64,000 nt of DNA from Alphaproteobacteria bacterium (lineage in GTDB: Bacteria > Pseudomonadota > Alphaproteobacteria > UBA6615): positions 32,001 through 96,000 of the forward strand of contig CBDHEC010000057.1 of assembly GCA_965261975.1 (NCBI GenBank), given 5' to 3'. This document shows, one piece after another, positions 53,149 through 63,083 of the stretch. The notes beneath the pieces were generated by a model that was not told the DNA's origin, ran no database searches, and worked only from the letters and a program-made list of their open reading frames with translations. Positions within the stretch are counted from its first letter, which is position 1; every line of letters begins with the position of its first letter. The position numbers and the translations under genes were made by a program.

Positions 53149-54306
53149 ATGAAAATCAGCACTGACCGAATTCTCACCACCCATGTCGGCAGCCTGCCCC
53201 GGCCCGAAGATCTGCTCGAAATGCTACGCCAGGAAGACCGCGGCGAACCCGTCGACGCAGCCGCACTCCATGCCCGCACGGCCGAGGCGGTCAAGGACGT
53301 GGTGGCGGATCAGGTCGCAGCCGGGATCGATGTCGTGAGCGACGGCGAAATGAGTAAAATCTCGTATCACGTCTATGCCCGGCACCGGCTGGCCGGGCTC
53401 GAGGCAACCGACGGTACCGGCGTGGTCGGCCGCCCGGCGCCCGCAGACTTCAACGATTTTCCCGAGATGCTCGAAGCGTTCGGAAAGGGCGGCACCGAGC
53501 TCATGACGGCGACGGTGTGCGAAGGGCCGGTATCCTATGATGATCACGGCCCCCTTGACCGCGACATCGCAAACCTGAAGGCGGCCGCTGCGGCGGCGCC
53601 ACCGACCGACATGTTCATGAACACGGTCTCGCCGGGCTGCCTGTCGACCTATGTCCCCAACCGTCACTACCCGGACCGTGACGCCTATCGCGAGGCGCTG
53701 ATCGAGGGGTTGCGCCCGGAATACAATGCGATCCACGAGGCCGGCATCGTCCTGCAGCTCGATTGTCCGGATCTGGCCGGCGCACGCCACACCGACTATC
53801 AGGCCATGGACGAAGCAGAATTCCTGGCGGACGCAGAGAAGAGCGTCGAGGCCCTCAACGCGGCCACCAGCGACATCCCGCCCGAAGCCATGCGGATGCA
53901 TATCTGCTGGCTGAATTATCCCGGCCCCCACACCCATGACATCCCGCTGAAGAAGCTCCTCGGAATACTGGCGAAGGCGCGCCCGCAGGCCATTCTGTTC
54001 GAGGGCGCCAATCCACGCCATGCCCATGAATGGGAAGACATCAAGGATGCGGGCCTGCCCGACGACAAGGTGCTCATCCCCGGCGTCATCGATTCCACCA
54101 GCAACTTCGTCGAACACCCGCAGCTAATCGCCCAACGCATCTGCCAGTATGCCGACATCGTGGGGCGCGAACGTGTCCTGGCAGGCAGCGACTGCGGGTT
54201 CGGGACCTATGCCGGCCGCAAGGGCGTGTTCCCGAGCGTGGTACTCGGCAAGTTCCGCGCCATGGCCGAGGGTGCACAGATGGCCACCGACCGGCTCTGG
54301 GGCTAG
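53149..54306 (+). CDS. Cobalamin-independent methionine synthase II family (MetE C-terminal-domain-only) zinc enzyme
   Basis: Own RBS (TTTAGGA) before MKISTDRILTTHVGSLPRP; SDGEM, HICWLNY (H-x-C), PGVID, SDCGFG. Confidence 0.88.
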   Translation: MKISTDRILTTHVGSLPRPEDLLEMLRQEDRGEPVDAAALHARTAEAVKDVVADQVAAGIDVVSDGEMSKISYHVYARHRLAGLEATDGTGVVGRPAPADFNDFPEMLEAFGKGGTELMTATVCEGPVSYDDHGPLDRDIANLKAAAAAAPPTDMFMNTVSPGCLSTYVPNRHYPDRDAYREALIEGLRPEYNAIHEAGIVLQLDCPDLAGARHTDYQAMDEAEFLADAEKSVEALNAATSDIPPEAMRMHICWLNYPGPHTHDIPLKKLLGILAKARPQAILFEGANPRHAHEWEDIKDAGLPDDKVLIPGVIDSTSNFVEHPQLIAQRICQYADIVGRERVLAGSDCGFGTYAGRKGVFPSVVLGKFRAMAEGAQMATDRLWG

Positions 54307-54344
54307 ACACCCACCAAAAACATCCGACCACAAGGGAGGCCCCG

Positions 54345-54752
54345 ATGGCCGCAACGATTGAACGCATTCGCCCGGAATTTCTCTGGAACAAGCCGCATTT
54401 CACCAACCTCGTGACCAGTGAAGGCGGCAAAACAGTCCACCTGTCGGGCTTGGTCGCCGGCACCATCGAGGGTGAACTGGTCGGTCCCGGCGATCTAGGT
54501 GCGCAGATGGCCTATGTCTACGACACCATCCGCCAGTCGCTCGCCCTGGTGAACGCCACGCCGGCGGATATCGTGCGCCAGCGGGTGTTCATCGTCGATC
54601 TGAAGCCAAGCGACCGGCCGACGATCATGAAGGCAATGATGGATTTCTATGGTGACGACAAATCCGCCTCCAGCACCTGCGTCGGGGTGACGGCGTTGCT
54701 GCTCGAAGGCGCACTGGTCGAGATCGACGTGACGGCGGTGGTCGACGCTTAG
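54345..54752 (+). CDS. RidA/YjgF/UK114 family protein
   Basis: GGGAGG RBS; VHLSG, GDLGAQ, STCVGVTAL...LVEIDVTAV. Confidence 0.85.
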   Translation: MAATIERIRPEFLWNKPHFTNLVTSEGGKTVHLSGLVAGTIEGELVGPGDLGAQMAYVYDTIRQSLALVNATPADIVRQRVFIVDLKPSDRPTIMKAMMDFYGDDKSASSTCVGVTALLLEGALVEIDVTAVVDA

Positions 54753-56326
54753 GCCATCAAGTCCGTCAGGCGGTCTGCGATTTGATCCGCATCGGCAGCA
54801 GTGAATGCGGCCGCGACGTACCGGTCCGGTCGGACCAACAGGATGCGGCCCGCATACTTGTCGAAGCGGTGCCGCAGCGGACCCTCGGCAAGGCACAGAA
54901 TATCGGGGTTGTCGGCAGGCTCGCCCCTGGCCAGGGCCACCCTGTTTGCGTCGAGCCGCGACCACAGCGGATGATCGAGCAGCGCCAGGTCGTCCTCACC
55001 TGGTGATCCGATCGACAACAGGGCGAAACCCGGCCCCAGCACATCGTCGAGCTTACGGGTCACCCCGTCACCTGCAACCACGTCCGGCTGGGGCAGCATC
55101 CGGCCGACGAGCGTGTCACGCGCCGTCATATCGTCGGCACAGAGAAATCCATCCTCGAAACGCGGCACAGGCTTGAACTTCATACCCACGAAGTAGTCGC
55201 GCACCGGGGGAATGATTCCGGCGATCCGGAAGAACGCAATCTGTGCATAGGCATGGAACCAGTTCCGCGGCACCATCACCCAGCCGATCTGAATCGCCAT
55301 GCGGATCAGCGACCAGGCATGATCACGGCGTTCGGCTTCATAGGTATCCATCAGCGCGACACCGGCTCGCCCCTTCACCACGGCGGCAGCCTTCCAGGCA
55401 AAATTCGCCGCGTCCCGCTGGCCGCTGTTCAGCCCTTGCCCCGCATAGGGTGGCGTCAGATGTGCGGCATCGCCGAGCAGAAAAACCCGCCCGACCCGCC
55501 AGCGGTCGGCGATGCGGGCATGGAAGGTGTAGACAAGCTTGCGGATGATCTCGACATCGCGCCCACCGATGTAGGGCGTCAACAGTTCGCGGATCATCCC
55601 ATCATCCAGCAGGTCGGCCTCATCCTCGTCGCGTTTGAGGAGAAATTCCCAGCGCCGTGTCCGGCCAGGGCCCGGAATCGTGATCGCCGCGCGGCGGTGA
55701 TCGCAGTAGGCGATGGAGGCCGGGGTCTCATCCGTATCGTTCACACAGTCGATCACCAGCCAGCGCTCGTTGAAACTCGACCCCACGAGTTCGACCCCCA
55801 GCAGCTTGCGGACCGCGGAACGCCCGCCGTCGCAGGCCGCGAGAAAGCTGGCACGCACCGCAACGCGCTGCCCGTCCGGATCGAGAATCTGCGCGCTCAC
55901 GCCCGTATCGTCCTGTGCCAGGAACTCGAACTGATGTCCGAACCGCACATCGACCGTCGGGTATTTCTCGAGGCCAGCGCGCAGTTCCGCCTCAAACTCC
56001 GGCTGTCGGAATCCAGACCGCCTGGGATGCCCATATTCGCGCGTGGTCGGCTGGATGCGGGCGAACTCACGCTGGCCCGGCGAGTAGTAGCGCGCGCCAT
56101 ATCCGGGCAGGGTGTTCGCGATGATCGGCGCGGCGAGCCCGAGGGTCTGCATGCTGCGCAGGGTCTCGTCATCAATCGACACGGCGCGCGGCTCTGCCAC
56201 CGTGTCCATGTTCCGTTCCACGACCAGCGCGCGCACGCCATACATGCCGAGATAGTTGGCCGTCGCCAGACCCGCCGGGCCGGCCCCGATGATCAGGACA
56301 TCGACCTGGATATCCGGTGACTTCAC
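54749..56326 (-). CDS. MhpA-like FAD-dependent aromatic-ring hydroxylase
   Basis: IIGAGPAG, PRAVSIDDE, CDGGRS, GDAAHLTPPYAGQGLNSG.RD, C-terminal VRPDRY. Confidence 0.88.
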   Translation of the reverse strand: MKSPDIQVDVLIIGAGPAGLATANYLGMYGVRALVVERNMDTVAEPRAVSIDDETLRSMQTLGLAAPIIANTLPGYGARYYSPGQREFARIQPTTREYGHPRRSGFRQPEFEAELRAGLEKYPTVDVRFGHQFEFLAQDDTGVSAQILDPDGQRVAVRASFLAACDGGRSAVRKLLGVELVGSSFNERWLVIDCVNDTDETPASIAYCDHRRAAITIPGPGRTRRWEFLLKRDEDEADLLDDGMIRELLTPYIGGRDVEIIRKLVYTFHARIADRWRVGRVFLLGDAAHLTPPYAGQGLNSGQRDAANFAWKAAAVVKGRAGVALMDTYEAERRDHAWSLIRMAIQIGWVMVPRNWFHAYAQIAFFRIAGIIPPVRDYFVGMKFKPVPRFEDGFLCADDMTARDTLVGRMLPQPDVVAGDGVTRKLDDVLGPGFALLSIGSPGEDDLALLDHPLWSRLDANRVALARGEPADNPDILCLAEGPLRHRFDKYAGRILLVRPDRYVAAAFTAADADQIADRLTDLMA

Positions 56327-56338
56327 GAGGTGGGTGCC

Positions 56339-57109
56339 CTACGCGTCGTATGTGTTGGAGAGCGTCCCGACGCCGTCGATGATGACGTCGATGGTCGCGC
56401 CCGGCTTCATCGGCAACGCACCCGGTCCCGTGCCGCAGGCGATGAGGTCGCCTGGCTCAAGGGTCATCGACTGGGATAGCTTCGAGACGATCTCGGCCGG
56501 CTGCATGAACAGATCCGCCACCGCGTAGTTCTGCCGCTCGCGACCGTTGAGCTCGGCCCTGATGGCGCTGCCGGAGACATCCGTATCGGTCACGATCGCC
56601 GGCCCGAACGCGCCGAAGGTATCGAAGCCCTTGGCGCGGGCCCATTGCGGAAAAGACGGATCGGCGTCGAGCAGCTGCATCGCCGTCACGTCGTTCACGC
56701 AGGTGTAACCGAAGATCGCGTCAGCGGCGGCCGCCTCGTCGACATTGCTGATAGCCTTTCCGATGACGATGCCCAGCTCCGCCTCGTAGATCACCCGGCC
56801 GTCATAGGCCGCGGGCTTGCGAATGACGCCGCCCGGCGCGAGGTATGTCGTTGAAGGCTTGAGGAAGAACAGCGGATATTCGGGCTGGTCGAGGCCCTGC
56901 TTCTCCGCCGCTGATTTCGAATTGTTCCAAAGCGCGACGAACTTGCCCGGCACGCAGGGCGTCAGCAGCGTCACATCACCCAGGGCCAAGCTGTCACCTG
57001 TCGGTGTCGCGCCGGCGAACAGGTCGCCGTCGTGCACGGCGATGCTTTCTCCATCGAGTGAACCGAAACCGGTCGCACCAGCCTCCTCGAAACGTACCCA
57101 GTTGCTCAC
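56339..57109 (-). CDS. Fumarylacetoacetate hydrolase family protein
   Basis: FFLKP, YEAELGIVIG, GYTCVNDVT, KGFDTF, TLEPGDLI.CGT. Confidence 0.9.
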   Translation of the reverse strand: MSNWVRFEEAGATGFGSLDGESIAVHDGDLFAGATPTGDSLALGDVTLLTPCVPGKFVALWNNSKSAAEKQGLDQPEYPLFFLKPSTTYLAPGGVIRKPAAYDGRVIYEAELGIVIGKAISNVDEAAAADAIFGYTCVNDVTAMQLLDADPSFPQWARAKGFDTFGAFGPAIVTDTDVSGSAIRAELNGRERQNYAVADLFMQPAEIVSKLSQSMTLEPGDLIACGTGPGALPMKPGATIDVIIDGVGTLSNTYDA

Positions 57110-57361
57110 GTCGCATTCTCCATGAAAATTTCAGAGTATGTGATACCGCGATCTGTTCGGAAACTCGACCTGCAGGCTTGAAAAGGTACACGGATACAAC
57201 GCGACGACCAATTTTCAGTTCACCGCCCAACCGCAAACCGGCCCGGCCTTCATGGCCCGGATCGTCATCCCGGTCTTCTAGACACACCGGTTCGTGCGCC
57301 GGCCTTGCTCACTGCACAAACTTCGCTACCCTCGGCTGCTTATTCGCCGGGGGGAGCGGAG

Positions 57362-59098
57362 ATGAGCGAGCAAGTCGCAGCAGAACGCATCGTCGATTGC
57401 CTGATCGAGGCCGGGACCGAACATTTCTTCGGCCTGCCCGGTGGTGCCACCATGGACATCTACCGTGCGCTCCACGACCGCCAGGACGAGATTCAGGCGA
57501 TCGTCCCCCGCGACGAGCAGACCGCGTCCTGCATGGCCGACATGTATGGCAAACTGACCGGCAAGCCCGGCGTGTTCGCCGGCCAGGGCGGCTTCACCGG
57601 TTCGACGGGCATGTTCGGCGTGATCGAGGCTTTTCTCGCCTCTTCGCCCATGGTCGTCCTCACCGAACTGTCGGATCACAACGAGTTCGTCATGCATGGC
57701 CCGATCCAGTCGGGCGCCGGGCACTATGGATCCTTCGACCTGGCCGGCATGTTCAGATCCACCACCAAATACACGGCCGTCGCCCACACCGCACGCGAAG
57801 CCGTGATGAGCACGCAGCTGGCCTACAAGCACGCGATCACCGGACGCCCCGGCCCCACGGCCTGCCTGTTCCGCGCGAACACTCTGCGCGATCCGGTCAC
57901 GGATAACGGGCTGCCGGAGATTCACGACACCAAACGGCTTTTGAACACCAGTCTGTCGGTCCCGCCGAGCGATGCGATCGATGCGGCGCTAGAGATCCTC
58001 GTGGCCGCGAAGGCACCGGTGATCGTCGCCGGCAACGGGGTGCGCATTTCCAGGGCGTTCGATTCCGTGGCCGCGATGGCCAACCTGCTCGGCGCACCGG
58101 TGGTCACGACCGTCCTCGGCAAGGGCGCGATCGCCGAGACCCACGACATGGCCGCGGGCCCGATGGGCTATACCGGCCTGCCGCTCGCCAACGAGATCGT
58201 CGGCATGGCCGACACAATCCTGGTCATCGGCAGCCGGCTGAAACCCCAGGACACCTGTTTCGAACATCCCGAGATGTTCGACCCGAACCGCCAGCGGATC
58301 GTCCAGATCGATATCGAACCGCGCAACGCGTCCTGGACCATCCCGGCCGAGGTGGCCCTGGTCGGCGACGCGAACGAGACCCTTGAGCTCATGCTCACCG
58401 GCCTCGACGGCCAGCTGGATGCTACCGAAGTGGAGGTCCGCCGAAAGGCGCTGATCGATTTGAAAGCCGCGCGCAAATTCTTCGCCGACCCGATGCTCAC
58501 CTCGGCCAACGTCCCGATCGCCCCCCAACGCCTTGTCGCCGAAATTCATGAGAGCGCGCCGGCGGACGCGATCATCTGCACGGATGCCGGCAGCAACCGC
58601 CACTGGATGAACCACTTCTTCCAGACCCGACGACCCAACAGCTATTTCGGCTCCGGCGGGCTGGGTGGAGTCAGTTGGTCCCTGCCCGCCGCCCTGTGCG
58701 CAAAGATTCTCGACCCGGCGCGACCTGCCGTGGGCATCTGTAGCGACGGCGGCTTTGCGATGCAGATGCATGTACTGCTAACGGCGGTCCAGTACGAGGC
58801 CAACCCGGTCTATGTGGTGATGAACAATTCACGCCTCGGCATGACCGCCGAAGGCATGGGCAACCAGTCTCACGGCAACGATTTTCCCGATACCGACTAT
58901 GCAGGCATCGCCCGGGCTTGCGGCGCATGGGCGGAACGGGTCGAGAAACCTGGCGACATAGCCGCCGCCATTACTGCCGGCCTCGACCAGGACAAACCGG
59001 CCGTTATTGACGTGGTCATCGACAAATCCGAAGGCATGCGGCAGGCGATATACTCGCCGCTCGCGATCGAGGCGGCACGCGGAATAAAGCCCGAATAA
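57362..59098 (+). CDS. ThDP-dependent enzyme (acetolactate-synthase/decarboxylase superfamily)
   Basis: FGLPGG, PRDEQTA (catalytic Glu), GRPGP, ThDP motif SDGGF...NN. Confidence 0.88.
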   Translation: MSEQVAAERIVDCLIEAGTEHFFGLPGGATMDIYRALHDRQDEIQAIVPRDEQTASCMADMYGKLTGKPGVFAGQGGFTGSTGMFGVIEAFLASSPMVVLTELSDHNEFVMHGPIQSGAGHYGSFDLAGMFRSTTKYTAVAHTAREAVMSTQLAYKHAITGRPGPTACLFRANTLRDPVTDNGLPEIHDTKRLLNTSLSVPPSDAIDAALEILVAAKAPVIVAGNGVRISRAFDSVAAMANLLGAPVVTTVLGKGAIAETHDMAAGPMGYTGLPLANEIVGMADTILVIGSRLKPQDTCFEHPEMFDPNRQRIVQIDIEPRNASWTIPAEVALVGDANETLELMLTGLDGQLDATEVEVRRKALIDLKAARKFFADPMLTSANVPIAPQRLVAEIHESAPADAIICTDAGSNRHWMNHFFQTRRPNSYFGSGGLGGVSWSLPAALCAKILDPARPAVGICSDGGFAMQMHVLLTAVQYEANPVYVVMNNSRLGMTAEGMGNQSHGNDFPDTDYAGIARACGAWAERVEKPGDIAAAITAGLDQDKPAVIDVVIDKSEGMRQAIYSPLAIEAARGIKPE

Positions 59099-59208
59099 CG
59101 CCTCTTGTGGCACGCTCACATTCTGAGCGAGGCAGATACCGCGCTTGCCGATAGTGGAATCTGCGCTAACATCGCTCCACAGGTTCGAAAGAACGAACGA
59201 GGCACGAC

Positions 59209-60243
59209 ATGTCGAACGCAGAGATCGTTATTCCCGAAGAATTTGCCGATGAGGAGATTCCGATCCTCGATTTCGGGCCCTATCTGGCCGGCGAAGACGG
59301 CGCGTTGGAGAAACTCGCCATCGAGCTGCGCCACGCGCAGGAAAATGTCGGATTCTATTTCTCCGTCAACCATGGCGTGCCCCGGCCGCTGATCGAGCGG
59401 ACCCACAAGAACCTCATTCGCTTCTTCGACCTTCCCGACGCGGAGAAACGGAAGCACGAGAATTACGTGCCGCCGGGATCGACGATCTATGTCTCCTCCA
59501 CGGTGAACGACAACACCAAGCCCGACCTGAACGAGATGCTTCGCATCGTGCGGGAGCGGCCCGCCGACCACCCCGGTGTTGAAGCGAACCTCATACCGTA
59601 TTTCGGCCCGAACCAGTGGCCCGACGAGGCGCTGCTGCCCGGCTGGAAGGCCGAGATGCTCGAATATTACGACGCCATGGAGAAGCTCGGATACGCACTG
59701 TTGCCGCTCTATGCCCGCGCGCTCGACCTGCCGGCTGACTATTTCGACGGCCTGTTCGACGACCCGCTCTGGACGACCCGCAACCAGCACTACCCGGCGG
59801 TCGAAGGCGAGGACAACCAGTTCGGGATCGCGCCCCATCGCGACCACGGATTCATTACGCTGCTGCCGGTGACGGACACGCCGGGCCTGCAGATCCAAAC
59901 CCAGTCGGGGCGCTGGCTGCCGGCCAACACCATCGAAGGTGCGATCATCGTCAACACCGGCGAGTTCCTGAACCGCTGGACCAATGGCCGCTTCATGGCC
60001 ACACCGCATCGCGTGATCCCGCCGAAGAAGGACCGCTATTCACTGGCCTTCTTCTTCAGCCCGTCCTGGGACACGCTCGCCGACCCGATGCCGACCTGTG
60101 TCGGCCCGGACAACCCGCCGAAATACAAGCCGGTGCGGTTCCTGGATTATCGCGACTGGTATGTGAACCAGAACTATCTCGATGAAACGGGTAAATCCCG
60201 GCCGGAGCCGCCGACGCCTGAAGAGAGCCGATTCCACTTCTAA
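59209..60243 (+). CDS. 2OG-Fe(II) oxygenase, isopenicillin-N-synthase-like, paralog 2
   Basis: IPILD, GFYFSVNHGV, PHRDHG...PHRV, RYS. Confidence 0.9.
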   Translation: MSNAEIVIPEEFADEEIPILDFGPYLAGEDGALEKLAIELRHAQENVGFYFSVNHGVPRPLIERTHKNLIRFFDLPDAEKRKHENYVPPGSTIYVSSTVNDNTKPDLNEMLRIVRERPADHPGVEANLIPYFGPNQWPDEALLPGWKAEMLEYYDAMEKLGYALLPLYARALDLPADYFDGLFDDPLWTTRNQHYPAVEGEDNQFGIAPHRDHGFITLLPVTDTPGLQIQTQSGRWLPANTIEGAIIVNTGEFLNRWTNGRFMATPHRVIPPKKDRYSLAFFFSPSWDTLADPMPTCVGPDNPPKYKPVRFLDYRDWYVNQNYLDETGKSRPEPPTPEESRFHF

Positions 60244-60265
60244 GCGCCGGAAGTTCGATTCCGAA

Positions 60266-60703
60266 TTAGAGGATCGGCGACAGCCAGCCGAGGATCAGCC
60301 CGTACCAGAGGTGCAGGATCAGGGATGTGAGCCATCCCATCTTGTGCCCCTTCATGCCGAAGAAACCGTCCTTCAGGAAGAATGGCACGAAGATCAACAT
60401 CGCGCCGAAGTACAGAATGACGGCGTAGATAATGCCGCGCATCCACAATTCGCCGGGCAGATACTGGGCGAACACCGTCGCATAGAGCAGTGCGAAGGCG
60501 ATGCCGTTCATCATGATGATGAAGATGCCCCAGCCGTAAGGGGCCGGGCCCTCGAACGAATCGCCGAATGTAAGCTGCGTCATGCCGCGTGGCAGATCGA
60601 TCCGCGGCAGGCCAAATCGCTCGGCCCAAAGTGCTGATACAATCAGCATGTAGGTCGCGAGAATGCCAACAAGCGACACGTGAACGAAAAATTCCAGATC
60701 CAT
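60266..60703 (-). CDS. Uncharacterised 4-TM membrane protein, tandem copy A
   Basis: 145 aa, four hydrophobic segments, HLWYG motif; GGGGGG RBS. Confidence 0.8.
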   Translation of the reverse strand: MDLEFFVHVSLVGILATYMLIVSALWAERFGLPRIDLPRGMTQLTFGDSFEGPAPYGWGIFIIMMNGIAFALLYATVFAQYLPGELWMRGIIYAVILYFGAMLIFVPFFLKDGFFGMKGHKMGWLTSLILHLWYGLILGWLSPIL

Positions 60704-60778
60704 CTCTTCACCCCCCAATTTCTTCGCGCCACTCTACCGCATGCAGCGCTGCGCCGCAGCGGCAGAGGGTTCGAAGAG

Positions 60779-61216
60779 TTACAGTATTGGTGACAGCCAG
60801 CCGACGATCAGGCCGTAGATCAGATGAATGATCAGCGCCGTCAGCCAGCCCATCGGGTGCCCCTTGGAGCCGAAGAAACCGTCCTTCAGGAAGAACGGCA
60901 CGAAGATCAACATCGCGCCGACATACAGAATTCCGCCGAAGATCAGCCCTTTGATATAGGGCTCACCCGGCAAATACTGGGCGATCACGGTGGCATAGAG
61001 AAGCGCGAATGCGATGCCGTTTACATGGATGACCGCGATACCCCACCCGTAGGGCGCGGGCCCTTCGAACGAGTCCCCGAAGGTGAGCTGCGTCATGCCG
61101 CGCGGCAGATCGATGCGTGGCAAACCGTATCGGTCCGCCCACAATGCACCAACGAGATGCAGGTAGGTCGCGAGTACGCCCACCAACGACACGTGAATGA
61201 AGAATTCCAGATCCAT
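60779..61216 (-). CDS. Uncharacterised 4-TM membrane protein, tandem copy B
   Basis: 145 aa, about 81% identical to copy A by hand count; GGGAGG RBS. Confidence 0.8.
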   Translation of the reverse strand: MDLEFFIHVSLVGVLATYLHLVGALWADRYGLPRIDLPRGMTQLTFGDSFEGPAPYGWGIAVIHVNGIAFALLYATVIAQYLPGEPYIKGLIFGGILYVGAMLIFVPFFLKDGFFGSKGHPMGWLTALIIHLIYGLIVGWLSPIL

Positions 61217-61309
61217 CGTCCCCTCCCAAAATGAAACTGTGTGAATTTCACCGGTTCATGAGCCGGTTTCCAAGTCCTATGTTCAAACCGTACACGGCGC
61301 GTCTGCGTC

Positions 61310-63010
61310 GTGAAGAGCAAATCCGATTCTTTTCGCGGACCGGTAACCCCAACAAAGGGCGATAAATTGAGCGCCGAGCAGAAATTTCAAACACCCGTCC
61401 TCATCGTGGGCGGTGGCATGGTGGGGCTTTCTCTCGCCGTTGAACTCGGCAGTCGCGACGTGCCCTGTATCCTGATCAGCGAGGGTACAGGCACGGCTAC
61501 ACACCCACAGGGCAACTCCCTGAATTCCCGGACGATGGAACATTATCGCCGCCTCGGCTTGTCCGAGGAAATCCGTGCGGCGGGACTCCCGGCGGACCAC
61601 GCGACCGACGTCGTATACGCAACCCGTTTCGCCGGTTGGGAGCTTGCGCGTCTGCCAATGCCGTCGACGACGCAAAAGCTCGCCGACCCGGTCCAGACAG
61701 AACAGACACCCGAACCCATCCACCGGGCAAATTTCTTCTATATCGAGCCGATTCTAAAGGCGCGTGCGGACGCGCTCCCGTCGGTGGATGTACGCTTCGG
61801 GCATCGCCTCGTCGAATTCACACAAGACCAAACCGGTGTCACCGCGACAGTCGCGCGCGCAGCGGATAACAGCGTAGTCAAGATCCGATGTGATTGGCTG
61901 ATCGGCTGCGACGGTGCGCGGTCGACGGTGCGACAGGCGCTCGACATCGGCTACGCCGGCAAGGGCGGCGAGGATGAAACCTTCATGCGCGGCCGCATGT
62001 TGTCGACCTATGTCGACGCGCCCGCCCTGGCAGATGTGATGAACATAGAGCCTGGATGGCATTACTGGACCGTCAACGAGGATGACCGTTCAAGCATCGC
62101 CGCCCTCGATGCCCGGGGAAAGTATGTGGTGCTGACGCGCATGCCGCCGGGCGAAGACGAAACAACGGTCGACGCCGCAGCAGCTTTCCTGGGATGCGTC
62201 GGCACAGACATTCCCGTCGAGGTGCTGTCGGTCAAATCCTGGATGGCCGGGCTCGCACTTGTTGCCGACCGCTACCAGGACGGCCGGGTCCTGATGGCGG
62301 GAGACGCCGTCCACCTGTTCACGCCCACGGGCGGGTTCGGCATGAACACCGGCGTCGACGACGCGGCCAACCTCGGCTGGAAGCTGGCGGCCGTGGTGCA
62401 TGGCTGGGCACCCCCGGCCCTCTTGGACAGCTACGAGACTGAGCGACGTCCAATCGGCGTTCGCAACACCACAATGTCTCACCAGTTCGCCAGCGCCGTC
62501 GCCGGACTAGAGATCCCCGCGACCCTCGAAGACGACACTCCTGACGGACTGTCGGAACGGACAAAGCTCGGCGCGTATCTCGCGACCTTTACCGAGGAGT
62601 TCCGTTCACTGGGCATCCAGCTCGGTGCGCGCTACGACGATTCCCGACTCATCGCCGGTGATGGCACCACGGCACCGCCCGACTCACCCTTCGAATTCGT
62701 CCCGAGCGCGGTCCCCGGCGGACGGGCGCCTCACATCTGGCTAGGACCGAATGACGCGCTGTTCGACAGGTTCGGGTCTCATTTCACGCTGCTACAGCTG
62801 TCGAAAAACCCTCCCGACGTCGAGACGCTGGTTGCGGCAGCGCGGGACCGCAACATTCCCCATGATGTCGTCCAGATCGCCGACCCGGACGTGCGGACGG
62901 CATACGAAGCCGACCTGGTACTGATCCGTCCCGACCATCACGTCGCCTGGCGTGGCAATGAAATTCCGGACAACCCCGACCAACTCTGGGCCCAGGTAAC
63001 CGGGAGTTGA
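61310..63010 (+). CDS. FAD-dependent monooxygenase (PheA/TfdB-type aromatic hydroxylase)
   Basis: IVGGGMVG, CDGARS, GDAVHLFTPTGGFGMNTG, PGGRAPH, IRPDHHVAWR; start uncertain. Confidence 0.88.
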   Translation: MKSKSDSFRGPVTPTKGDKLSAEQKFQTPVLIVGGGMVGLSLAVELGSRDVPCILISEGTGTATHPQGNSLNSRTMEHYRRLGLSEEIRAAGLPADHATDVVYATRFAGWELARLPMPSTTQKLADPVQTEQTPEPIHRANFFYIEPILKARADALPSVDVRFGHRLVEFTQDQTGVTATVARAADNSVVKIRCDWLIGCDGARSTVRQALDIGYAGKGGEDETFMRGRMLSTYVDAPALADVMNIEPGWHYWTVNEDDRSSIAALDARGKYVVLTRMPPGEDETTVDAAAAFLGCVGTDIPVEVLSVKSWMAGLALVADRYQDGRVLMAGDAVHLFTPTGGFGMNTGVDDAANLGWKLAAVVHGWAPPALLDSYETERRPIGVRNTTMSHQFASAVAGLEIPATLEDDTPDGLSERTKLGAYLATFTEEFRSLGIQLGARYDDSRLIAGDGTTAPPDSPFEFVPSAVPGGRAPHIWLGPNDALFDRFGSHFTLLQLSKNPPDVETLVAAARDRNIPHDVVQIADPDVRTAYEADLVLIRPDHHVAWRGNEIPDNPDQLWAQVTGS

Positions 63011-63083
63011 TCTCGATCATCCGTTCAAGGCGCATTCCATGCCAGTTTCATGACATTCCAACTGGTAACTGGAGCGTGACAAT

